Under the pieces are notes generated by a model, which saw only the letters and a program-made list of their open reading frames with translations, was not told the DNA's origin and ran no database searches. Both the position numbers and the translations under genes were made by a program. This document shows, one piece after another, positions 30,044 to 39,929 of a stretch of DNA of 64,000 nt. This stretch comes from Promethearchaeota archaeon (GTDB lineage: Archaea > Asgardarchaeota > Heimdallarchaeia > Hodarchaeales > Hodarchaeaceae), in assembly GCA_048938105.1 (NCBI GenBank), contig JBHLMN010000003.1, positions 320,001 through 384,000 on the forward strand, read 5' to 3'. Numbering within the stretch: position 1 is the first letter of the stretch; every line of letters begins with the position of its first letter.

Positions 30044-32410
30044 CTATCCCATCTCAATATTAATTGTATGTTTTTTCCCTACTTCTAATATTGATAATTG
30101 ATTGCTTTCTAGTGTTTTTTTCCCAATATTCACCTTTTTTACCCCTTTAGACACATGGTTTGGATTTTCAACCTTTATATCATACGTTGCATCCCTAAAA
30201 CGTCGGATAACACGGAAATTAGTCCATTCATTAGGAATACATGGATCTACCTTCAAACCATGAAATGTTGGTTGTATTCCAAGAATTGATTCCATGACAA
30301 CCTTCATTGACCACGCTGCTGTTCCTGTAAGCCAGGAATTTTTCGCTAATCCGAATTTTGGATGGTTTTTTCCAGCAATCATCTGTGAATAGACATAAGG
30401 TTCAGCTTTATGAATCTCTCCCATCCTGTTCTTCGTAGGTGGGGCAATTTTCTTGTAATATTCATAAGCTCGCCCCCCTCTTCCTAACTTACACTCAGCA
30501 ATGATCAACCACGGATTAGTATGGCAGAATATTGAAGCATTTTCTTTTAATCCAGGAGAAAAAGTAGTTATTCCACCCAATTCTGGATAATACTCGGTAA
30601 AAGGAGGGGCAAGAAGCATGACCCCGTATTCCGTGTCAAGATGCTTTTTTACAGAGTCTAGACATTGATAAGCTCTGTCTTTGGTGGCAACATCACTGAT
30701 AATAGCCCAAGTTTGAGTATTGAGGAAGATTTTTCCTTCCTTACATTTTGAACTTCCTACAGGTTCACCAACATCAGTAAAAGCTCTAATATACCATTCT
30801 CCATCCCATGCTACCTCGTTTACATGATTTCGTATTTCACTAGCCAGATTATTAAATGTTCTGGAATCCTGTTCATTCTCATATTCTTTTGTAAGTGCTG
30901 CTAAATCTAATAGAGCTTTATGAAATTGCATTGCTACCCAAACGCTTTCACCAGCATTATTTGGGCCAGGGAGGCTAAAAGGATCATTCCAATCTGCGGT
31001 ACCTATCAATGGCATACCATGTTTTCCCATGTTATTTTGGGTGAATTCAATTGCCCTTTTGAGATGGTCGTACAAAGAAGCATTAGATCCTTCAATAAAT
31101 GATATTTCTTCATCTAAGATAGATATATCTCCAGTTTCTTTGATGTATTCAGAAACAGCTAAAATCAACCATAAATGGTCATCACTAAAGAATTTCATGC
31201 TTTTCTTAGTGTATTCAGGAAAAGCACCTTTACCAGAGAGAGGGAAATATAAATGATAGACTTTACCACTTTCAAACTGGTTTTTAGCTAGATCTAGGAG
31301 TCGTTGACGGACTTTTTTTGGGAGAACATAATTAATTGCCATTGCATCTTGGCTACAATCTCTAAATCCCATTCCTCTACCTATACCTGTTTCATATAAA
31401 GACACATATCGCGACCAGTCAAATGTGACTTTACATTGATAGGGATTCCAGATATTAACCATTAAATTAAGTTCATTATCAGGAGTGTCTACTACAAGGG
31501 CTTCTAGGTGATTAATCCAAGAATTTGCTAATTTTTTAAGCGCAGATTGTACCTTTAATTGGTCTATATATTTCTGAACATATTCTTTCGCTTCAGCTTC
31601 TTCATTACTAACGCCTAGAATGAATATAATATTTCTTTCCTCGTGAGGATCAATAGTTAAGGCATTACAAGTAGCAGCAATAGGATTTCCACCAAAGGCT
31701 TGAGAATTAAAACACGAACCTCTTTCTACACCTAGAGGATTAATTTCTGACCTGTATTGACCAATAAAAACTTCTCGGTCGCAGTCGTAACTGCTTATAT
31801 CTCCATTTGATGAAAAAAAGGCATATCCAGTACTCCTATCAAAAAAAGAGTAATAAATAATGCCATCCTTGAATTTTGCTTCAGCCACGTTTTGGATATA
31901 CTGAAGATCATTTTGATCTCCTAACGCTCTCCATAAACAGAACTCTGCATAAGAAAAAATACTCAAGTTCTTTCTTTCAGATCTTGTATTTTTCAATGAC
32001 AACATCCATATTTCTAAGTTCTCTTTTAAGGGAACAAAATAAATGATTTCACTTTCAATTCCCATAAACGATGATTTGACTTTAGTATATCCCAAGCCAT
32101 GTCGGCATTCATAACTATCCAGATCCCTAGGTACTGGTTGCCAAGTAGGAGACCAATATTGAGAAGTTTCATTATCTCTGATATAGATATACCTTCCAGG
32201 CCTATCCATTGGTAAATTATTATATCTATATCTTAATAATCTTCGATCTCTTGGATCTATATGGAAACTATACCCTCCACCAGTGTTCGAAACCATAGCA
32301 CAATATTGACTATTACTTAAATAATTAATCCAAGGAGTAGGGGTGTCTGGTCTCGTGATCACATATTCTTTTGTATCTTGTGAAAAATATCCATACTTCA
32401 AACTATTCAC
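30044..32410 (-). CDS. GH94 glycoside phosphorylase (second paralog; specificity probably not cellobiose)
   Basis: 788 aa; PDTPTPWINYL, RYRYNNLP, GRGMGFRD, ADWNDPFSL, KENASIFCH, NSWLTGTAAW. Confidence 0.88.
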   Translation of the reverse strand: MNSLKYGYFSQDTKEYVITRPDTPTPWINYLSNSQYCAMVSNTGGGYSFHIDPRDRRLLRYRYNNLPMDRPGRYIYIRDNETSQYWSPTWQPVPRDLDSYECRHGLGYTKVKSSFMGIESEIIYFVPLKENLEIWMLSLKNTRSERKNLSIFSYAEFCLWRALGDQNDLQYIQNVAEAKFKDGIIYYSFFDRSTGYAFFSSNGDISSYDCDREVFIGQYRSEINPLGVERGSCFNSQAFGGNPIAATCNALTIDPHEERNIIFILGVSNEEAEAKEYVQKYIDQLKVQSALKKLANSWINHLEALVVDTPDNELNLMVNIWNPYQCKVTFDWSRYVSLYETGIGRGMGFRDCSQDAMAINYVLPKKVRQRLLDLAKNQFESGKVYHLYFPLSGKGAFPEYTKKSMKFFSDDHLWLILAVSEYIKETGDISILDEEISFIEGSNASLYDHLKRAIEFTQNNMGKHGMPLIGTADWNDPFSLPGPNNAGESVWVAMQFHKALLDLAALTKEYENEQDSRTFNNLASEIRNHVNEVAWDGEWYIRAFTDVGEPVGSSKCKEGKIFLNTQTWAIISDVATKDRAYQCLDSVKKHLDTEYGVMLLAPPFTEYYPELGGITTFSPGLKENASIFCHTNPWLIIAECKLGRGGRAYEYYKKIAPPTKNRMGEIHKAEPYVYSQMIAGKNHPKFGLAKNSWLTGTAAWSMKVVMESILGIQPTFHGLKVDPCIPNEWTNFRVIRRFRDATYDIKVENPNHVSKGVKKVNIGKKTLESNQLSILEVGKKHTINIEMG

Positions 32411-32603
32411 CTACAAAGATGAAAATCATTGCTTCATCTTAAAAATTATATCTCTGCTAATTATTACTAAGTTGTAGCTACTGAAGATTTTGAAGTTATT
32501 TCTTCTTGTAATTATCTATATATAGCTCAATACTGACATTCTCACTCGTTTAGCCAGTTTTAGGCTTAGAAGAAGAAAGAGGGATTCATCAGAATGTTAA
32601 AGA

Positions 32604-33980
32604 CTAAGATCGCTTGATTCTTTTATTACTATTGAATATAATTAAGAAGGAAATTGTAATTATTAAGGCTTGGAAATCATAGCCTGGTGAAGATTTTGAA
32701 GTAGTAGATGTAGATGAGATTGAAACTATAACGGAGTCGCTAGTAGTAGAAATTCCATCAGAGAAAACGATAGTATAATCATATGTTCCAATTGTAGAAG
32801 TGTCAATAATGATGATGATCGGGGTACCATTCTCCCAGATCTCGTCAGGTTGACTAATTAGGCTTCCATTCCTATAAATATTATATGTTCCTGTAGAATT
32901 ATTATTGTCAGTAATAATCCATGAAATATTTGCTTCTTCATTTTGAATTACATTAATATCTTTAGGAGAGGTACTTATGGGAGGAAATGGATTAATTCCT
33001 CCTCCGAAATATTCTTCAAATACATAAGCTGCTTCTTTAGCGGTTCGATTTTCAGTGAAAATTCCCCAGTGAGGCCCAACGGCACCTTCCTGGTTAATCT
33101 TCCATGCCTCATCAAAAGCTTCAAATAAATAACTCTTTATGTCATTTTGAATGAGGAGAGGGAGTAGATCCTCAAAATATTGTTTCTGAGCTTCCTCAGA
33201 GCAATCAGCTCTTCCACTACTAGGCCACCCAGCTTCAGCGAGAATGACTTCTTTGTCTGGATAAGCATTCTGTACACTCTTAAAAACCTGTATTGTATAT
33301 GTTGCGGCAATTTCAAGCGGTATTGCCTCCCAAAATGGATAGACATGTGTGAACAATACATCACACGCATCAGCAAGATTTGGGTGGTCTAACCATATAT
33401 TCCACGGTTCAGCTGTAGTTACAGGAGTAGATGTTTCACTTTTTACTAATGAAATATAATCTAGCAATTTATTTTCAGTCATACCCCCCCCTCTCAAGAG
33501 CGCTTCGTTCCCCACAATTAATAATGAGGAGATATTGGCGACATCAAGAGCAGATTTGATCTCAAAAGAATTTTGAAAATGTTGTTGTATAGTATTGTTG
33601 GGTTCCAGCCAAATTCCGGTAGCACAATTGATTCCTAGCTCATGAGCTACCTCACAGATCAAATCTTGATCATAATTCATGCCATAGGTTCGTATATCTG
33701 TTACATTCAAACGTTTTAATATTTCCAGATCCTCTTGGATATTATCTAAAATTATATATTCATTTGGAGGCCCAAGGTATCGAAAGGCACCATAACTCAA
33801 TCCATGGAATTTCAACGATGAATCTTTTTGAGTTAATCTGATCTTATCCTGAATCTTTTCATTTAAAACTTGAATCTCAAATTTTTGACCATTATCAGCA
33901 AGAATTATGTGTGTGAAGGAACTTATAACAATTAAAGCTAATATTACAAAAATAAATCTTTTAGATTTCATTGTTTCCAT
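32604..33980 (-). CDS. Surface-anchored GH17 beta-1,3-glucanase/transglucosylase with a C-terminal Ig-like domain
   Basis: 458 aa; signal peptide; IRTYG, VGNEAL, VTTAEPW, HVYPFWE, AEAGWPS, FEAFDEAWK; S/T linker, SPGY + TM + KRIKR. Confidence 0.85.
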   Translation of the reverse strand: METMKSKRFIFVILALIVISSFTHIILADNGQKFEIQVLNEKIQDKIRLTQKDSSLKFHGLSYGAFRYLGPPNEYIILDNIQEDLEILKRLNVTDIRTYGMNYDQDLICEVAHELGINCATGIWLEPNNTIQQHFQNSFEIKSALDVANISSLLIVGNEALLRGGGMTENKLLDYISLVKSETSTPVTTAEPWNIWLDHPNLADACDVLFTHVYPFWEAIPLEIAATYTIQVFKSVQNAYPDKEVILAEAGWPSSGRADCSEEAQKQYFEDLLPLLIQNDIKSYLFEAFDEAWKINQEGAVGPHWGIFTENRTAKEAAYVFEEYFGGGINPFPPISTSPKDINVIQNEEANISWIITDNNNSTGTYNIYRNGSLISQPDEIWENGTPIIIIIDTSTIGTYDYTIVFSDGISTTSDSVIVSISSTSTTSKSSPGYDFQALIITISFLIIFNSNKRIKRS

Positions 33981-34058
33981 CCTTTAAAACTGATAAAATT
34001 CCTATTAATGATTTGAATTATTTTAGTTATTATTTTAATTTTTTAGCCATGATAAAAT

Positions 34059-34928
34059 TTACACTTGATAAGATGAATTCTGATAAACACGAACATAATC
34101 TACAATCATTCTTTGGGGGAATATTGAATCATCAACTCCTTTTTGTCCCCCCCAAGTTCCTCCAACCGCAATATTCAATATGAAATAGAATTCTTGATCA
34201 AATGGCCATACACTGAAATGCATGAAAGTAGTATTATCTTCATTTTTATATGTAAAATAATTTTTCTTGTCTACATAAAAATCAATTCTATCTGGGAACC
34301 ATTCAATCGCATAGACATGAAAACTCGTTTCACAATCAGTCACATTTATGTTGCCTCCCTTTTGGTTACCGTTAACCCAATTATATGCACTACAGTGTAT
34401 AGTCCCATAAGTAATTCCTGGGGTAAATCCAACATATTCCATGATATCCATTTCTCCACTATTAGGCCACGATCCATATTTCCCCTCCTTGGGCATCATC
34501 CAAAAAGCCGGCCAAATTCCTCTACCAGAAGGTAATTTTATGCGTGCTTCAAAACGACCATAAGTCCAGTTTCCTTTGTACCGTGTCGTAATTCTTGCTG
34601 AAGTATATCCAAATCCAGTGTAATCTTTACGAGCTTCTATTATAAGGACATCATTCTCTACTCGAGAGTTATTTATATTTTTAACATATGCTTGTTCTTC
34701 ATCATTTACCCATCCAGGTCCATGTAATTCAAAGTTCCATTTATTTTCATCTGGGAGTCCAGAATAATCAAATTCATCAGACCAAACTAGTTTTTCCCAA
34801 GAATGAGGCGAATTTGGTTTAAAACGATCATTGTTAGTATCTATCATATTGATGAAATTAATTAGTATGAGACCGACCAATACAACCGCTATTGGAATCG
34901 CTATAACAATTAATCTATTAATTTCCAT
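34059..34928 (-). CDS. GH16 laminarinase (beta-1,3(4)-glucanase) with an N-terminal TM anchor
   Basis: 289 aa; WSDEF, YTSARI, WPAFWMMP, EMDIME catalytic motif, FHVYAIEW, NIAVGG, VDYVRVYQ. Confidence 0.92.
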   Translation of the reverse strand: MEINRLIVIAIPIAVVLVGLILINFINMIDTNNDRFKPNSPHSWEKLVWSDEFDYSGLPDENKWNFELHGPGWVNDEEQAYVKNINNSRVENDVLIIEARKDYTGFGYTSARITTRYKGNWTYGRFEARIKLPSGRGIWPAFWMMPKEGKYGSWPNSGEMDIMEYVGFTPGITYGTIHCSAYNWVNGNQKGGNINVTDCETSFHVYAIEWFPDRIDFYVDKKNYFTYKNEDNTTFMHFSVWPFDQEFYFILNIAVGGTWGGQKGVDDSIFPQRMIVDYVRVYQNSSYQV

Positions 34929-35009
34929 GGATTTTCCCTTTCATTAAATATCAAAGCTGAAAAATATTAAAACAATTCGTTGAAAAACAACTGATGAAAA
35001 GAGGCATGA

Positions 35010-35726
35010 ATGATGGGAAAGGTGCTGGAAATAGCAAAAATGATTGATCACTCATTACTTCATCCTACTTTAACTGATGAAGAATTAGAATTAGGTTGCC
35101 AACTAGCAAGAAAATTGAATGTGGCTTCAGTTTGCATTAAACCTTATGCAGTTAAATTGGCAGTAGAGAAGTTAAAAGATTCTGATGTTGCTGTTGGTAC
35201 CGTGATTGGGTTTCCACATGGAAATAGCAAAATAGATGTCAAAATTTTTGAAGCAGAACAAGCTTGTAAAGACGGTGCCATAGAACTAGATGTAGTAGTA
35301 AATATCGGTAAAGTACTGAGTGAAGATTGGGAATACATTGAAAAAGAAATCGGAGCCATTATCACTGTTTCCAAAAAGTACAATACTATTGTTAAAATCA
35401 TTTTTGAGAATGACCTTTTATCTGATGATCACTATAAGATTAAACTTTGTGAGATCTGTAGTAAATTCAATGTGGATTATATTAAAACCTCAACTGGATA
35501 TGGTTTCGTTAAAGGAGAAAATGGAAAGTATTCATATAAAGGAGCTACAGATCATGATCTTAAGTTAATGAGAGATCACTCTTCTAAGGAAGTCAAAATA
35601 AAAGCTGCAGGAGGAGTACGAACACTTAATGATGTTTTAAGAGTTAAAGAAATTGGAGTAACAAGAATTGGTGCAACAGCAACTGAGATCATTATTAAGG
35701 AAGCAAAAATCAAATTTAAAGATTAA
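35010..35726 (+). CDS. deoC: Deoxyribose-phosphate aldolase
   Basis: IDHSLL, VIGFPHG, ELDVV, YIKTSTG, IKAAGGVR, RIGAT. Confidence 0.92.
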   Translation: MMGKVLEIAKMIDHSLLHPTLTDEELELGCQLARKLNVASVCIKPYAVKLAVEKLKDSDVAVGTVIGFPHGNSKIDVKIFEAEQACKDGAIELDVVVNIGKVLSEDWEYIEKEIGAIITVSKKYNTIVKIIFENDLLSDDHYKIKLCEICSKFNVDYIKTSTGYGFVKGENGKYSYKGATDHDLKLMRDHSSKEVKIKAAGGVRTLNDVLRVKEIGVTRIGATATEIIIKEAKIKFKD

Positions 35727-35943
35727 AGAGTCTGTGAAAAACCTCAAAATGAGTTTAGTAAATATTATACTCATTTATCACTTTTTCATTTCTCAATTTA
35801 AAATCTATCAGATAAAAGATAATATATCAATCAATTTAAGTTTAAACTTATCAACGAAGTTTATTTAATTCTAGTTAATTAACTACCTCAATAATCCTAT
35901 TCAAAATATCTTAATTTAATGTTATTTAAGGATGATATACTAA

Positions 35944-37158
35944 ATGCTTCTTTTAAATATCAGAAATACTAGTATCTTAATACTCTTTATTCTAGGGATT
36001 AATTGCATATTTACGATTGGATATGCCCACAATGATTCTTCTGTAAATAATTTAGAGCCAAAAAATTACTTACAAGGAGTTAATTTAGGGAATGCTCTTG
36101 AAGCACCAAGAGAAGGAGCCTGGGGGGTCACTTTAAAAGAATTTTATTTCCAATCGATTAAAGAAGCGGGATTCAGTCTTATCCGTATCCCAATTAGATG
36201 GAATGCTCACGCAAAAGTAGCAGCTCCTTATACGATAGAAACAGAATTCTTCAATCGTATTGACTGGGCTGTTAACCACTCCCTATCTCGTGGTCTTGTC
36301 ACAATAATAAATATCCATCACTATGAAGCTCTTATGACGAATCCTCAAGCCCATAAAGAGCGCTTCCTTGCTTTGTGGCATCAAATTTCTACTCATTATC
36401 AGAATTACTCTGAAAACCTATATTTTGAGTTACTTAATGAGCCTACTTATGATCTTAATGGCTCCCTTTGGAACCAATATCTCCAAGAAGCCATTGAAAT
36501 AGTCAGAGAATTAAATCCTCAAAGAACAATCATTATTGGCCCCACAAACTGGAACAATATCTATGATCTTAGTATGTTATCTCTTCCTGAAGATGATCAC
36601 AATATTCTTGTCACATTCCACTATTATTCACCATTTCATTTCACTCATCAGGATGCAAAATGGGTTTCTGGAAGTGATCAATGGAGTGGAACGACTTGGA
36701 ACGGAACAGATTCTGAAAAAGCAGCCATCAGACAAGATTTAGATTACGCTGCTCAATGGGCTAAGGATCACAATAGACCTCTTTTATTGGGTGAGTTTGG
36801 TGCATATCAAGAGGCAGATATGGACTCAAGAGTTCGTTGGACCGATTTTGTTGCAAGAGAGGCTGAAAAACGAAATATTTCTTGGGCTTACTGGGAGTTC
36901 TGTTCAGGTTTTGGAATATTCAAGCTTGGTAATAATAAATGGAGAATAGAACTATTACAAGCGTTATTACCAGAAAGCCCAATTCTACCCACTACTAAGT
37001 CTAAAAGTACATCCAGTATTCTAACCACTTCTAAGAGTTCTTCCATTTCCATGACTAGTACTACTGATTCTACCATGAATACCACGAATAATACTGGATT
37101 TTTATTCTCTTTAATCACTGTACTTTTTAGTACCATCATTTATCGAAAAAGAAAATAG
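35944..37158 (+). CDS. Surface-anchored GH5 endoglucanase (Thermotoga Cel5A-like)
   Basis: 404 aa; signal peptide; GVNLGNALEAP, IRIPIRW, NIHHY, FELLNEP, FHYYSPFHFTHQ, LGEFGAY, WAYWEF; S/T linker, TGF + TM + RKRK. Confidence 0.9.
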   Translation: MLLLNIRNTSILILFILGINCIFTIGYAHNDSSVNNLEPKNYLQGVNLGNALEAPREGAWGVTLKEFYFQSIKEAGFSLIRIPIRWNAHAKVAAPYTIETEFFNRIDWAVNHSLSRGLVTIINIHHYEALMTNPQAHKERFLALWHQISTHYQNYSENLYFELLNEPTYDLNGSLWNQYLQEAIEIVRELNPQRTIIIGPTNWNNIYDLSMLSLPEDDHNILVTFHYYSPFHFTHQDAKWVSGSDQWSGTTWNGTDSEKAAIRQDLDYAAQWAKDHNRPLLLGEFGAYQEADMDSRVRWTDFVAREAEKRNISWAYWEFCSGFGIFKLGNNKWRIELLQALLPESPILPTTKSKSTSSILTTSKSSSISMTSTTDSTMNTTNNTGFLFSLITVLFSTIIYRKRK

Positions 37159-37266
37159 TAATTCTTTTCTTTCTTATTCATGAATTTTAGGAAGAATATT
37201 CATTATACTTAGGAATATTTATATATCATAAAGGAAAAGAGAAATCCCATAACGTAGTGGTGAAAG

Positions 37267-38631
37267 TTGAGTGAAAAAACCATTGGATCAGATCTTCTCG
37301 GATCGCTTACCGAAATAGCCGAGATTACGAAAGCAATTAGTCACGAAAAGAGATTAAAAATTCTAATCTTAGTGATGGACGAAGCTCAAGACTTCTCTTC
37401 ATTACTAGCGAAGACAGAATTGCAAAAAACAGCTTTATCGAATCACTTATCCAAAATGCTACAATTCAACTTAATAAAACGGGTTGAACGAGGAAAGTAT
37501 CTAATTACCACTGATGGTCTTAAACTACTCACTTTGATTACGTCTTTTTATCACGAAGCAAGCGTGAAACAGGAACTAGAGAGAAAAAAACTCATTCATC
37601 GCTATACACACAGAAGGATGAAAAAAATGGAAAAAAAAATAAACATCGAACCAACATACCAACCCTGTTGGATTTCATATTTAGGTTCCGTATCTGGGGT
37701 GATGAAAGCTTTAGGGAAAGAAGAACATGACCTAGTAAACACTGGAGGTTATACTGGATATGCTTTTGCTTTACCAAATGTTTCCAAGGATTCAACCTGC
37801 CCGTCTGGTCCTACTGCATTAGGAAAAATGTGGCAAGAAATCATGAAAGGAACAGGTGTTCTGGGATATAATATTAAACAATATGATGATCCCAGTTGTT
37901 ATCCTAAACAAGAAGGACATATCACTCCAGAAGATCGAGATAGAGCTAATAAGCTCTTTCAAAGGATTAAAACAGCTATTGATCAAAACAATCCAGTTGT
38001 TCTCTGGGGGTTACCAATCCCCGAATATGGAATAGTAACTGGTTATCAAGAAAGTTCATATTTGGTAAGTACTTTTCGTAGTTTAATTAACCAACCTGAT
38101 GATCCTGTTGCATTTGACGCCCTTCAAGCACCTGGAGGCCTTCATGCAGTCATTTTTGAGAATCAATTAAGTAAAGTTACAATGTCCGATGATCGGGATG
38201 CCCTCCAAAGAGCAATCACTCTAGCTGAAGGGCAATTAGCAGAAGATAATTATGTAGCTGGAGTCCTTGCTTACGAAACATGGGCTAATGTATTGGAAAC
38301 TGCTCCACAAGAGAAAGTCTTATATCACGGAAATTCTTATAATAATGAGTGCACATTAGAAGCAAAAGATCTATCTGCTGCCTTCCTCGGACGATTAGCG
38401 GAGAAATATAATACTGAACCATTTTCTAGCTATTTAAAAGAAGCTGCAGAGAAATTCGGCAAAATAGTAGAGCTGCTGAAATCTTTCCAGAAAATCTTTC
38501 CTTTCGCTTTTGAAGGTGATCTATCGGAAGAAAAACGACTTGAGGGAGCAAAGATTCTCCGTGAAGTCATTCCCCACGAAAGACAAACCCTCACTTTAAT
38601 GAAAAAAGCGCTGGAATCTTGGACTGAATAG
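37267..38631 (+). CDS. ArsR-type winged-HTH regulator fused to a large uncharacterised C-terminal domain
   Basis: 454 aa; KAISHEKRLKIL..KTALSNHLSKM..ERGKY; C-terminal domain paralogous to 53620..55098. Confidence 0.75.
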   Translation: MSEKTIGSDLLGSLTEIAEITKAISHEKRLKILILVMDEAQDFSSLLAKTELQKTALSNHLSKMLQFNLIKRVERGKYLITTDGLKLLTLITSFYHEASVKQELERKKLIHRYTHRRMKKMEKKINIEPTYQPCWISYLGSVSGVMKALGKEEHDLVNTGGYTGYAFALPNVSKDSTCPSGPTALGKMWQEIMKGTGVLGYNIKQYDDPSCYPKQEGHITPEDRDRANKLFQRIKTAIDQNNPVVLWGLPIPEYGIVTGYQESSYLVSTFRSLINQPDDPVAFDALQAPGGLHAVIFENQLSKVTMSDDRDALQRAITLAEGQLAEDNYVAGVLAYETWANVLETAPQEKVLYHGNSYNNECTLEAKDLSAAFLGRLAEKYNTEPFSSYLKEAAEKFGKIVELLKSFQKIFPFAFEGDLSEEKRLEGAKILREVIPHERQTLTLMKKALESWTE

Positions 38632-38697
38632 CTTATTATCCACTTTTTCTTTTTTATTATCAATATCATTTTGGAAAATTTTTTTCGAAGATTGTCC

Positions 38698-39789
38698 CTA
38701 TAAATTTCGAATAATTGATTTGAGGAATGATGGATCTGTTAATATATCCGTACTATCAATGAATTCATTAACGGTGCCAATAGGGTACTTTATTGCATTT
38801 AGAGGAGCAGATATTGTCTTTTCAAGTTCGTTTACAATAAAGTGAGTATCGATCACGGTTTGTGGTCGTTTGTGGTAAGACTGGGGTTTTAAATTGAGAG
38901 GGGGAGTAATTTTCAATCTATTCTGTTTCTCAAGGAGAATGAGGTATGTTTCGCAAAGATATTCTTCCCTTTTCTTCCATTCTTTCTCCTCTAAGATTTT
39001 ATGCAGTAAGGGCTCTAACTCTTTGCTGAGGGGGAGTTTTTTGAATACTAATCCAATCCATTTAGCATAGGGAATGTATTGCTTGGATATTACAAAAGCT
39101 ATCATTATAATATATCGTATAAGCCGTGATGCTTCAATTTGTGACCCTAAATCATCACCAACAATACCAGTTCTTCCCACAAAAGCAATTTCCTGATCAA
39201 TATGCTTCCACAAGCTCATCAACTTGAATTTCCAAACATTTTCAGGATAATATTGGAGTTTTTTTCGTGCTTCTGTTAAATCCCCTACATCATCATAAAA
39301 GACCCTTCCCGAGGTAAATTCCAGTAATTTCTGCTCTGGTAACATTAACCAAACTTTTTGAGTGAGATTTAAATTGGAAATGCCTAGATTCTTCTTAAGA
39401 TATGATTTAACGTTGTGAATCTCAACTCTATGATTAATCGAACCTTTAGAGGTGGGAATTAACATTTGAGTCATATTATCTTGAGGATCAGGTTCACTCC
39501 AATTAGTTGAAAACCCTAGAAACTCAGGTGGAAGATTGTCTCGAAATATACTATCGAGTTTCCTAGTGTAACTTTGGTAATCCTCTTCATGTAAAAAAAG
39601 GAGTAATCTTGGACCCCAATGATGATCCCTTGATATATTATCATCATATCCAAGTACTTCAGAACCTGGGCCTATTAATGCTGCCGCATATCTTAGTTCG
39701 GGGAAATATTGGTTAATAAGATCCTTTATTATTTCTTTGTAAAATAATTCTGATAGTTGTAGCCCAGAAATATCCTTTTGGGACACCAT
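38698..39789 (-). CDS. DUF4037-domain protein (nucleotidyltransferase-like)
   Basis: 363 aa; GPGSEVLGYDDxxSRDHHWGPR, TSGRVFYD, YYPENVW, PYAKW. Confidence 0.8.
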   Translation of the reverse strand: MVSQKDISGLQLSELFYKEIIKDLINQYFPELRYAAALIGPGSEVLGYDDNISRDHHWGPRLLLFLHEEDYQSYTRKLDSIFRDNLPPEFLGFSTNWSEPDPQDNMTQMLIPTSKGSINHRVEIHNVKSYLKKNLGISNLNLTQKVWLMLPEQKLLEFTSGRVFYDDVGDLTEARKKLQYYPENVWKFKLMSLWKHIDQEIAFVGRTGIVGDDLGSQIEASRLIRYIIMIAFVISKQYIPYAKWIGLVFKKLPLSKELEPLLHKILEEKEWKKREEYLCETYLILLEKQNRLKITPPLNLKPQSYHKRPQTVIDTHFIVNELEKTISAPLNAIKYPIGTVNEFIDSTDILTDPSFLKSIIRNL

Positions 39790-39929
39790 GGTTACACTTA
39801 ATTCTATTTAATTAAAAAATGCTTTGTTATTTTACACATATTTGTTGGAAAGTCTTTTATTCACTTAAGATTATCGCTCCATTCATAAAAGGACTTCTTA
39901 GCACAATCCAGTCCAGTTAATTCTTGTAA

